The notes: generated by a model from the sequence alone, not told the origin. Shown: positions 8,055-16,467, counted from the first letter of the stretch. The stretch is DNA of 35,961 nt from Candidatus Nomurabacteria bacterium RIFCSPLOWO2_01_FULL_33_17 (GCA_001786995.1 MFUO01000004.1:1-35961), one strand, 5' to 3'. Translations and numbers: made by a program.

Positions 8055-9944
8055 TTATTGTATAACAATTCCATCTTTTGATGTACCGTTAGAAATTTCA
8101 GTTGTTATATTGGGATGAATAGCTGTAACTTCTTTATTAGAAAATAAATCAGTTCCATTAAATCGAATTCTTTGTAAGATTTCTGGTGATAGACCAAGTT
8201 GAGAAAGTGATGGAGAAAAAGATAATTGAATTGCTGCAGACCGTGGTGCATTTGTGTTACCAGCACCAGATTCAATATTTCCTAAATTCCATATTATTTC
8301 ACGAGTATCTGGATTATATGTTACTTTTTCACCAGCAGTAACTTTACCAACCCATTTAACATAAAAAGGAATTTTTGAAACAAGTTTACCACCTGTTATA
8401 TCATTATGAGTATTCTTTAAAGAAAATGTAATTTGATATATAGTTTCTTTTTCAACAGTTAATGGAATCATCCCCGAAGCATAAATATTTAAGACACTAA
8501 TGGTTGGTTCTGTTGCAACACGTACTGTAGCAGTTTCAATATTTTGAAGATTTTGTACTATACCACTACCGTCATCTTTTATACCACTAAATGACAACGA
8601 TAAATTAACCAATGGATCTTTAACAACAACAGGACCATCCGTACTTTTAGCTAATGCACGAAATGTAAAATTAAGAATACCATCGGTACCTGGTGGGATT
8701 ATATTTAGTGATTCTTTTGTATTTTTATCCCAAAACATTTCATTTTTTGCAGAATCATAAAATCCTTCTACAGGAATAATTGATAATTCATCGAGTGCTG
8801 ATCCACTAATATTTAAATGAAAAACTGGATTAATAATAGGTACAGATCCACGATTACGATATACTATTTCACCTTGAATATTAGTATTTGGATTAACAGC
8901 AATTGTTTTACCTTTTTCTGTACCCAAAAGAATATAAACATCGAGAATTGGGCGAGTTAGTGATATAACATGTGTTCTTGATACATAACTTGTTTTTATA
9001 TTAGTTCCACTAGAATCAAGTGGAACACCTGCAAAAAAACGAAAAGACCTTTCATCCCCTTCTTGTGAACTAAATCTTCCAGTAATAATTATATCTTCAT
9101 AATCACCTTCATTTTGTGTATTGATAATCCAAGTCCCTACACTAAAACTTGGTTGTTTAGAGAGTGATTCAACAGTAAAATCTCGTGGAAAAACAATTGA
9201 TATAAGAGACCCTATTGGTAAAGATTTAGTATTTTGACTAATACGCAAACGAAGAGTATAAAGTTGACCTGGTGAAATTTCATTAGGAGCATCAACATCT
9301 AAAATTATTGGTGAACTTGATATACTTAGAGCTGATTCTGCAATTTTAGTATATGTTAATGTTGAATCTGGAAGACTATATTCAAGAGTTGCTTTTATAT
9401 TTTTTGTACTACCCTTTTCACCATACAAAACAACTGTAATACTTTTATTAATTTTTTCTCCTGGAGCAATATCAGGTAAATCTAACCGAACAAATTCAAA
9501 ATCTTCACGAAGTAATTCTTCGCTACCCCTGGGGTATTGTATTTCCATGTGAACATTTTTAAGAGCAGTATTATTACGATTTACAATTTGGATAGATAAA
9601 GGTAATGATTCTCCACCTTTTGAAAAAGGAGCAGTTACAATTTCTATATCAATATGTTTTGATATAAAATCTTCTCTTGATTCAGAAAAAAATAAACGAT
9701 AACCTGCATATAAAAATGCTAATAACAACACAATAAGAGAAATCATAAAAAACTTTTTTGCAAAAGAAGATTTTCTAATAATATTCTCATTATTATCTAT
9801 ATTCTCTGGTATAAAAGGTGTTCTTAGCTTAAATGATGTACCTGTTAGTGGATGATGCTCTAATTTAGGTACACTGTGTGATGTACTATACAAATCATTT
9901 TCTTCTTGATTTATAAAATCATTTTTTTCTTCTTTAGGAATCAT
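8055..9944 (-). CDS. membrane-anchored protein with repeated beta-sandwich (CARDB/DUF11-like) ectodomain
   Basis: 629-aa ORF with a single TM helix (FFMISLIVLLLAFLYAGY) after a ~70-aa cytoplasmic tail, followed by a long beta-rich region. No catalytic motifs recognised. Confidence 0.65.
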   Translation of the reverse strand: MIPKEEKNDFINQEENDLYSTSHSVPKLEHHPLTGTSFKLRTPFIPENIDNNENIIRKSSFAKKFFMISLIVLLLAFLYAGYRLFFSESREDFISKHIDIEIVTAPFSKGGESLPLSIQIVNRNNTALKNVHMEIQYPRGSEELLREDFEFVRLDLPDIAPGEKINKSITVVLYGEKGSTKNIKATLEYSLPDSTLTYTKIAESALSISSSPIILDVDAPNEISPGQLYTLRLRISQNTKSLPIGSLISIVFPRDFTVESLSKQPSFSVGTWIINTQNEGDYEDIIITGRFSSQEGDERSFRFFAGVPLDSSGTNIKTSYVSRTHVISLTRPILDVYILLGTEKGKTIAVNPNTNIQGEIVYRNRGSVPIINPVFHLNISGSALDELSIIPVEGFYDSAKNEMFWDKNTKESLNIIPPGTDGILNFTFRALAKSTDGPVVVKDPLVNLSLSFSGIKDDGSGIVQNLQNIETATVRVATEPTISVLNIYASGMIPLTVEKETIYQITFSLKNTHNDITGGKLVSKIPFYVKWVGKVTAGEKVTYNPDTREIIWNLGNIESGAGNTNAPRSAAIQLSFSPSLSQLGLSPEILQRIRFNGTDLFSNKEVTAIHPNITTEISNGTSKDGIVIQ

Positions 9945-10004
9945 ATATTCATTATAGCAGAAAAATTTTTAATCTGCGATAAAGTAATCATATCTCCATG
10001 ATTT

Positions 10005-10574
10005 TTATGGGTTAAAAATCACATTTGCTAGGCCATTTTCACTTAAAATGGTTACATATTCTTTTATTAGATTATTTTCATTATAGTCAACAGTTTCATC
10101 AACTAGTTTAGCTTCTTTTCGATATCCTAAAGCTGATAATAAATTCAATGCATTTTTATAAAAAATTTTATTACTATTCGAATCCAAAACAATATTATTT
10201 TCTAAATAATTAGATAATGAAACAAATAATAAAAATGAATTTATATGTGGTGCCCCGATAGGTAATAATTCTTGAATTAATTTTGTGGTTTTATTCAGAA
10301 TAAAATATGCTTCTTTTTTATATAAAAAAAATCCCTGATTATTACTAACAGCTCGAACTAACCTATACCCAGTTTTACCATGAACAACATCAACGGAAAT
10401 ATTACAAAATCGTGTTATATAGGAACGAAGTTTTGATTTTGGTCTTTGTAAGCCAATACCGACAATATTGATAATTCCAAATTCTTTCGAGAAAAAAACA
10501 AATTTCTTGTCCCATTCTTTATGGTTGTAAACATCCAAAACAATTCCATTCATTGTATATATGTCGTAAGCCAT
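10005..10574 (-). CDS. recO: RecO-like DNA repair protein (short form)
   Basis: 189-aa ORF. The N-terminal OB-like pattern (GIVLDVY...FVFFSKEFGIINIVGIGLQRPKSK) and helical C-terminus resemble RecO. Identified by pattern recall only. Confidence 0.5.
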   Translation of the reverse strand: MAYDIYTMNGIVLDVYNHKEWDKKFVFFSKEFGIINIVGIGLQRPKSKLRSYITRFCNISVDVVHGKTGYRLVRAVSNNQGFFLYKKEAYFILNKTTKLIQELLPIGAPHINSFLLFVSLSNYLENNIVLDSNSNKIFYKNALNLLSALGYRKEAKLVDETVDYNENNLIKEYVTILSENGLANVIFNP

Positions 10575-10579
10575 AAAAT

Positions 10580-13500
10580 TTAATTTATATCTATATCAAA
10601 AATTAAATTATCTATCTTAAAGACAGACCCATTTATCTCCTCTCCCAATACCATCTCTTTTGCCGATACTTCACTAAGTAATGCTTGCTCCCAAAAATTT
10701 AGAAAATCTTTCCCTTTATCATTTGTTTTTATTTGAACTGTTATTTTATCATGGGCTTTTAATCCACGGGCTTTACGCATATCTTGGACAAATCTTACTA
10801 ATTCACGAAAATTACCTTCGCTTTTTAATTCTTCATTTATTTCTGTGTCAAAATCAACCTTGTCACCAATGACGACACTTTCTACATTTAATTCATCAGC
10901 GACGATCACAATATAATCCATAGATAAATTATCTGTTATAAAAAATGTTCGAAGTATTTGGCGAACAGGAATACCATATTTTTTTCGAAGAGAATGTCCA
11001 ACAGTGCAAATATCTTGAACTTTCTCCATTGTTTCTAAAATAAAATCAGATTCTGGTATACCAAAATAATCGGGCCAATTTACTAAATGCACGCTTATTG
11101 GGTCAGATTCTAATCTTAAATCTTGCCATAATTCTTCGGCAACAAATGGTGTAAATGGCGCCATGATTTTAGCTAAATTTTTTAAAACAAAATACAATGT
11201 ATTATGGGCATCCATATCACCCCCACGAATTCGCAAACGCGAACGACGAGTATACCATGTTGATAATTCATCTATAAAATTTCTAATTTCTCTTGTTGGT
11301 GGAAGTAATGAATAATTATCCAATGATAAAGTTGTATTTTTTATAAGATTCATTAATTTAATTAATATCCATTTATCCAATACATTATTGCTATTTGGTA
11401 TACTAAAAAGATTTTCTTTTGTTTTGTCACGATAAAGATCGTAGAAAGCATAAACATTACGAAGAAGATTAAAAACTTTTTTAATTACTTCATCTACTGT
11501 TTTTTCGTCAAAATTTTTAAAATCCCCTGGTTGGTTAATACTATACATCCAAAAACGCAATGCATCAGCTCCGAATCGGTTACACAAATCCCATGGATCA
11601 ACAGTATTACCACGAGATTTAGACATTTTTTGTCCATCTTTATCCATTACAAGCCCAAGACAAATTACATTTTTATATGCTGGCCCGCGCCCCATAAGAG
11701 CTGATACAGCATGTAAAGTATAAAACCAACCGCGAGTTTGGTCTATACCTTCACAAATATAATCAGCAGGAATTGATACTTGGTCTGTTTTAAAGGGATA
11801 ACCATCTTGGGCAAATGGCATACAACCAGAATCAAACCAACAATCCATGACTTCGGGAACTCTTTGTAATTTATTTCCATTTTTATCATAAACTGGATAA
11901 TCATCAATATATGGCCGGTGTAAATCAAGTTCATAATTTTCATTATGTGGCAATGGAACAAAATCTAATTCTTTCCATTCGGCGTTTTGTGAATAATGAA
12001 AATCTTCAATATTATTAGGAATTTCATTTTTACTCAATCCTAAAGAACCAATAACCATATTCAAAACTGGCCCACCATGGGAAAAAATTAAAATATTTTT
12101 GTTTTGATATTTTTCCTCAAAATCATAAAGCGCATTCATGACTCTATTTTTTACATCTTGATAATTTTCTCCATCTTTATTTTCTTTTATGTAGCGGTCT
12201 TTGTAATTTGAGAAAAGTCCCAAGAAATCACCAAGATCACGACCTTGGTAAATTTCCCCTGGATTCATTTCGCACAATCTTTCATCAAAAATAATCTCAT
12301 TTTTGTCATACCCAATTACATCCGCTACTATTTCAGCTGTCATTTTTGTTCTCAACAATGGCGAACAAATTATAAGATCTATATTTTTATCTTTCAAACC
12401 TTGCGCGGAATTTTGTACTTGATCTTTACCCTTTTCAGTTAACTTTACAATACTATTTGGTTTTGAATCCCAAACATTTTTTATATTATTTTCTGCTTCA
12501 CCATGACGCATTACAAAATATTTATTTCCAGATTTTTTTGTAGCGGCCTGCAAATCTTTATGATTCGTAAAAATATGTTTTTCTCCGTTTTGCCCTATCC
12601 AAACAGGTAATGGCGTACCCCAATATCTTTCGCGTGATATTGCCCAATCTTTTACTTCGCGTAGCCATTCACCAAATCGTCCATTTTGAATATGCTTGGG
12701 TTCCCAATTTATAAAATCATTATTCATGACCAAATCATCACGAAGCTCACTCATCCGGATGTACCATGAATCTCGAGTATAATAAATAAGTGGAGTTTGA
12801 CAGCGCCAACAATATGGATAACTATGTTCGTATTTTTCTTTTTTAAACAGTAGTCCACGATGGGCTAAATCTTTAATTATATCAATTGCGACTTGTTCAT
12901 CTTTTACAAATCTATTGCTCAATTCTAATTCATCAGAATTCATTTCGGAATTAAAAGTTCCATCTAATCCAACTAAATGATATTTTGGAAGACCAAGTTT
13001 TGTACCCAATTCAAAATCATCTTGTCCATACATAACTGCTGTATGCACTATCCCAGTCCCATCATTGGCATTTACGAAACCTGCTTCATAAACTTTGTAT
13101 GCTTTATCTAAATTTCCTGTCTGTCCGGTAGGTAGGTCTTTTTGCTCGTGAGATATTTGATTAACAAAAAATGGATACAGTGGTTCATAAGATAAACCAA
13201 TTAAATCTTTACCAATATATTCTTCAACTATTTCATACTCTCCATCAACTATACTTAACCTGTCTTTACCTAAGATCAAAAAATCTGCATCTTTTTTAAT
13301 TTTTACATACGACAAATCAACATTAACAGCCAATGCAACATTACCGGGTAATGTCCAAGGAGTAGTAGTCCAAGCTAGCAAATATGTATTTTCTTGTCCA
13401 AGAATTTTAAATTTTGCAGTAATAGATAAATCTTTTACATCTTTATAACCTTGCGCTAGTTCATGTGATGACAATGCTGTACCACACCTTGAGCACCACG

Positions 13501-14035
13501 GCACAATTCGATAGTCTTTATAAAGTAAATTTTTCTTATCAACTTCGGCTACGATATTCCAAAGTGATTCTATGTAATTTGATTCATAAGTAATATAAGG
13601 ATTATCTTGATCAATCCAATACCCAACTCTATCAGTAAATTTTTGCCATTCATCAATATAAGTCCAAACGCTTTTTTTACATTCATTATTAAAATTTCCT
13701 ATTCCATATTCTTCAATTTGTTTTTTGTTTACAAAACCAAGTTCTTTTTCAACTTGTAATTCAACTGGTAGTCCATGTGTGTCCCAGCCACCCTTGCGAC
13801 CTACATGGTACCCCTGCATTGTTTTATAACGAGGTATTGCATCTTTAAAAGCTCGAGCTTCTAGATGATGAATTCCAGGACGACCATTGGCAGTAGGTGG
13901 CCCATCATAAAAAACAAATTCACCATTTGGAGAATCTTTTTCCAAACTTTTTTCAAAGATTTTATTATCCTTCCAAAAAGACATGATTTCCAACTCATGC
14001 TCGTTTATTGATTTACTTATTTTCTCTTCTTTCAT
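10580..14035 (-). CDS. ileS: isoleucine--tRNA ligase (type 2) with an inserted histidine-phosphatase domain
   Basis: Has the editing-domain TTPWTLPGN, WAISRERYWGTPLPVW, EGIDQTRGWFY and KMSKSRGN. The true start is probably the ATG at 14035 (MKEEKISKS...). The track's extra 16 codons (MFCCMWTSFYLDNINY) lie on the T-box terminator. Confidence 0.95.
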   Translation of the reverse strand: MKEEKISKSINEHELEIMSFWKDNKIFEKSLEKDSPNGEFVFYDGPPTANGRPGIHHLEARAFKDAIPRYKTMQGYHVGRKGGWDTHGLPVELQVEKELGFVNKKQIEEYGIGNFNNECKKSVWTYIDEWQKFTDRVGYWIDQDNPYITYESNYIESLWNIVAEVDKKNLLYKDYRIVPWCSRCGTALSSHELAQGYKDVKDLSITAKFKILGQENTYLLAWTTTPWTLPGNVALAVNVDLSYVKIKKDADFLILGKDRLSIVDGEYEIVEEYIGKDLIGLSYEPLYPFFVNQISHEQKDLPTGQTGNLDKAYKVYEAGFVNANDGTGIVHTAVMYGQDDFELGTKLGLPKYHLVGLDGTFNSEMNSDELELSNRFVKDEQVAIDIIKDLAHRGLLFKKEKYEHSYPYCWRCQTPLIYYTRDSWYIRMSELRDDLVMNNDFINWEPKHIQNGRFGEWLREVKDWAISRERYWGTPLPVWIGQNGEKHIFTNHKDLQAATKKSGNKYFVMRHGEAENNIKNVWDSKPNSIVKLTEKGKDQVQNSAQGLKDKNIDLIICSPLLRTKMTAEIVADVIGYDKNEIIFDERLCEMNPGEIYQGRDLGDFLGLFSNYKDRYIKENKDGENYQDVKNRVMNALYDFEEKYQNKNILIFSHGGPVLNMVIGSLGLSKNEIPNNIEDFHYSQNAEWKELDFVPLPHNENYELDLHRPYIDDYPVYDKNGNKLQRVPEVMDCWFDSGCMPFAQDGYPFKTDQVSIPADYICEGIDQTRGWFYTLHAVSALMGRGPAYKNVICLGLVMDKDGQKMSKSRGNTVDPWDLCNRFGADALRFWMYSINQPGDFKNFDEKTVDEVIKKVFNLLRNVYAFYDLYRDKTKENLFSIPNSNNVLDKWILIKLMNLIKNTTLSLDNYSLLPPTREIRNFIDELSTWYTRRSRLRIRGGDMDAHNTLYFVLKNLAKIMAPFTPFVAEELWQDLRLESDPISVHLVNWPDYFGIPESDFILETMEKVQDICTVGHSLRKKYGIPVRQILRTFFITDNLSMDYIVIVADELNVESVVIGDKVDFDTEINEELKSEGNFRELVRFVQDMRKARGLKAHDKITVQIKTNDKGKDFLNFWEQALLSEVSAKEMVLGEEINGSVFKIDNLIFDIDIN
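11960..12523 (-). other. histidine phosphatase (PGAM-superfamily) domain embedded in ileS
   Basis: KYFVMRHGEAENN, ICSPLLRTKMTAEIV, ERLCEMNPGEIYG and ILIFSHGGPV are all present, in frame, between two conserved IleRS segments. Confidence 0.8.
13112..13138. repeat. 27-nt palindromic module in frame in ileS
   Basis: atttcctgtctgtccggtaggtaggtc differs from the tatD-like copy at two stem positions plus one flanking base. It encodes DLPTGQTGN. Confidence 0.7.
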
Positions 14036-14241
14036 ATAATTTATATTATCCAAATAAAAACTCGTCCACATACAACAAAACAAATTGTTATATAAGGACG
14101 AGTTTCACTCGTGGTACCACCTTAATTACTTCTCATTTACTGGATTCTAATCCCCTAAATTAGGGTTTCTTTCCAAAGCCTGCCTGCCTAAATTTTACAA
14201 ATTTTAGTAGGCTCCGGGGCGATACTCCCATCATTGCTTAT
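14036..14241 (-). promoter_or_regulatory. T-box leader (tRNA-sensing riboswitch) controlling ileS
   Basis: The minus-strand RNA contains AAUUAAGGUGGUACCACGAG (T-box core; + strand 14106-14125). A terminator follows: AAACUCGUCC...GGACGAGUUU plus UUUUAUUU (14053-14105). A GAUGGGAG K-turn-like start and a possible AUC specifier (+ strand 14221-14223) are also present. Confidence 0.8.
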
Positions 14242-14247
14242 ATTTAA

Positions 14248-14276
14248 ATAATACCCTATAGGATATATATTGTAAA
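14248..14276 (-). promoter_or_regulatory. sigma70-like promoter TTTACA-17-TATTAT for the T-box/ileS transcript
   Basis: Read on the minus strand. The -35 element is at 14271-14276 and the -10 at 14248-14253, with a 17-nt spacer, directly after the dut stop. Confidence 0.5.
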
Positions 14277-14278
14277 GC

Positions 14279-14701
14279 TTATTTTTTACCAGTACTACCA
14301 AACATTCCAAGACCACGAGCTGATTCACTTAAAGTATCTGTTTCCTCTAATTCACCAATAACAACTGGCATAATGACAAGTTGAGAAACTTTGTCACCAA
14401 CTTCAAAAGTATAAGGCTCATTTGATAAATTTACCAAAAGCGTATTATATTCACCCCTATATCCAGCATCAAAAACCCCACCCATATGATGAAGCCCAGC
14501 TTTTGAAATACTTCCCTTGTCCATTATAATTCCTCCATACCCTTCGGGAAATTCCAATGCAAATCCATGCCAAAACCGATAATGCTCACATGGCTTTAAT
14601 GTAACCGTTTCCATTGCATACATATCCATCCCCACATCTCCCGGATGAGCATAACTTGGCAACTTTGCATTATCTTTTAATCTTTTTACTTTTATTTTCA
14701 T
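14279..14701 (-). CDS. dut: dUTP diphosphatase
   Basis: 140-aa ORF with dUTPase motifs (HPGDVGMD, FDAGYRGE, C-terminal RGLGMFGSTG). Confidence 0.9.
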   Translation of the reverse strand: MKIKVKRLKDNAKLPSYAHPGDVGMDMYAMETVTLKPCEHYRFWHGFALEFPEGYGGIIMDKGSISKAGLHHMGGVFDAGYRGEYNTLLVNLSNEPYTFEVGDKVSQLVIMPVVIGELEETDTLSESARGLGMFGSTGKK

Positions 14702-14801
14702 CCACCTAAACTTTTCACTTATATAATATTTATTTTCATGAAAAATACTTTAATTTATTAATTATACCAAAGATTTCTAATTTAAAAAAGTTTTGGCGGA
14801 T
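14700..14801 (-). repeat. ~100-nt structured intergenic cassette, copy A (between tmk and dut)
   Basis: Terminal inverted repeats are atccacctaaactttt (14700-14715) and aaaagttttggcggat (14786-14801). One end overlaps the dut ATG and the other abuts the tmk TGA. The interior contains TGgTATAAT on the minus strand. Confidence 0.85.
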
Positions 14802-15506
14802 TCATTTTATCTTTAATACTTTCTTAATATTATTAAATACTTCTTCATGAATGTCTTCGCGGGTGCGGATGGATTTCTTTTCAGCACAATCTATTTTAAT
14901 AAAGTTTTTAAGTTTTGTTGCCAGCCACATTGCGCTTTTGCGAGAATTTATTAAAAAATCTTTGTCGGATTCATGAACATCTTTTTTATTTTTTAAATAA
15001 GACCTTTTTGTTTTTTTATTTCGTTCATCAATTAATTTTAATATAATGTCTATTGGCAAACTAAGATACAAAACAATATCCGGTCGTGGAATTTTAAAAA
15101 CTTTATATTCCATCTCGTCTAACCATTCTAAATATGCTTCGCGTTTTTTATTACTTTTTATTTTACCACCTTGGTGAATTTGATTAGCACTAACATAACG
15201 GTTAGCAAGCACAATATATCCCCCATCGAGCCATTTACGAATTTCACTTGATGATTCAAATCTGTCCGCAGCGTATAGCACTGATGCAATTTTAGGATGA
15301 ACTTTCAAAAAGTTAAAATACTGTTCACTCAAGCAATGCCCAATAAATCCCCCAAAGAAATTTTTATAATATTCAGGAAAATCAACGGTTTTTATTTTAA
15401 AACCATCTTTTTTAAGTCTTTTGGCAAGTAAATCAATTTGTGTGGTTTTACCAGATCCATCAGTACCATCTATTACAATAAGTTTTCCTTTTTCTTTTTT
15501 ATTCAT
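14802..15506 (-). CDS. tmk: thymidylate kinase
   Basis: 234-aa ORF with P-loop VIDGTDGSGKTTQ, the DRY-like ADRF segment and a lid region. Confidence 0.9.
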   Translation of the reverse strand: MNKKEKGKLIVIDGTDGSGKTTQIDLLAKRLKKDGFKIKTVDFPEYYKNFFGGFIGHCLSEQYFNFLKVHPKIASVLYAADRFESSSEIRKWLDGGYIVLANRYVSANQIHQGGKIKSNKKREAYLEWLDEMEYKVFKIPRPDIVLYLSLPIDIILKLIDERNKKTKRSYLKNKKDVHESDKDFLINSRKSAMWLATKLKNFIKIDCAEKKSIRTREDIHEEVFNNIKKVLKIK

Positions 15507-15600
15507 CCGCCTAAACTTTTCACTTATTATAATATTTTATTTTTGTAAAAAGTAATCTAATCTAATAATAATTTCTAATTTAATAAAGTTTTGGTGGATA
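15505..15600 (-). repeat. ~100-nt structured intergenic cassette, copy B (between RluA-family gene and tmk)
   Basis: Terminal inverted repeats are atccgcctaaactttt (15505-15520) and aaagttttggtggat (15586-15600). The distal arm encodes the last 8 codons plus the stop (LSTKTLLN*) of the upstream gene. Confidence 0.85.
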
Positions 15601-16351
15601 AACCTAATTCTTTAATTGCATTTAACATATCATCTGGTAATGGGGCAACAAAATTAACCATTTTTTGGGTTTTTGGATGAGTAAATTTGATTTCATACGA
15701 ATGAAGTGCTTGGCGCTTCATATTTAAAAGTTCTGGTAAATAAGATGCATATAATGAATCACCAATTATTGGATGTTGAATGTATTGCATGTGAACACGA
15801 ATTTGATGAGTGCGACCCGTTTGTGGATAAATAGAAACCTTTGAAACACTGTAATTTTGTCCATCGAGGCCTGTTGTTTTACCATCACCAGATACTGTGT
15901 ACATAGTTAATGCTTCTCTTTTTTCTCCCCTGGCATGCACGCCGGCTGCCCATTTACGAATGTCTTGATTTGAACGCCCAATTAATTCATCTACTTTTCC
16001 ACGAGTATGTCGAAATGATCCAAAGACTAAAGCTTGATAATGTTTTTTTACAATATGGTCTTGAAATTGTTTTTTCAAACTATCATAAGCATTTTGTGTT
16101 TTAGCTAAAACCATAATACCACTGGTATCGCGATCAAGACGGTGAACTATACCTGGTCGCATTATCATTTCTCCACTATCCACGGTCAAAGGCTCTCCAA
16201 CAAATTTCATCGCAGGATTATATTCCAATACCATGTTTGATAAAGTATCAAATTCATTCTTTCCATCTGGGTGTACAGTAAGACCGGCTGGTTTGTTAAT
16301 AACCATAATTGCATCATCTTCAAAAATTACCATGTCTTTAAATTTGTTCAT
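15575..16351 (-). CDS. RluA-family 23S rRNA/tRNA pseudouridine synthase (no S4 domain)
   Basis: 258-aa ORF with VINKPAGL and the catalytic HRLDRDTSG motif, plus GRTHQIRVH. Confidence 0.85.
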   Translation of the reverse strand: MNKFKDMVIFEDDAIMVINKPAGLTVHPDGKNEFDTLSNMVLEYNPAMKFVGEPLTVDSGEMIMRPGIVHRLDRDTSGIMVLAKTQNAYDSLKKQFQDHIVKKHYQALVFGSFRHTRGKVDELIGRSNQDIRKWAAGVHARGEKREALTMYTVSGDGKTTGLDGQNYSVSKVSIYPQTGRTHQIRVHMQYIQHPIIGDSLYASYLPELLNMKRQALHSYEIKFTHPKTQKMVNFVAPLPDDMLNAIKELGLSTKTLLN

Positions 16352-16467
16352 CCCGTTAGAGGCAGGTCACGATCTATTTATATAGAAGAAAACCTAACCA
16401 AATTAAACTAATACTAATTTTTAAAAACTTCCCATTAGAAAATATCGTGATCGTGGCCTCTAACGGG
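16352..16467 (-). repeat. 116-nt inverted-repeat cassette abutting the RluA-family start codon
   Basis: cccgttagaggcaggtcacgat (16352-16373) is complementary to atcgtgatcgtggcctctaacggg (16444-16467) as 12 bp, a bulge, then 7 bp. The interior is AT-rich. Confidence 0.7.

Noticed and set aside
14036-14083. N-terminal 16-codon extension of ileS (MFCCMWTSFYLDNINY)
   Set aside because: It overlaps the T-box terminator stem and U-run. The IleRS homology starts at MKEEKIS..., from the ATG at 14035.
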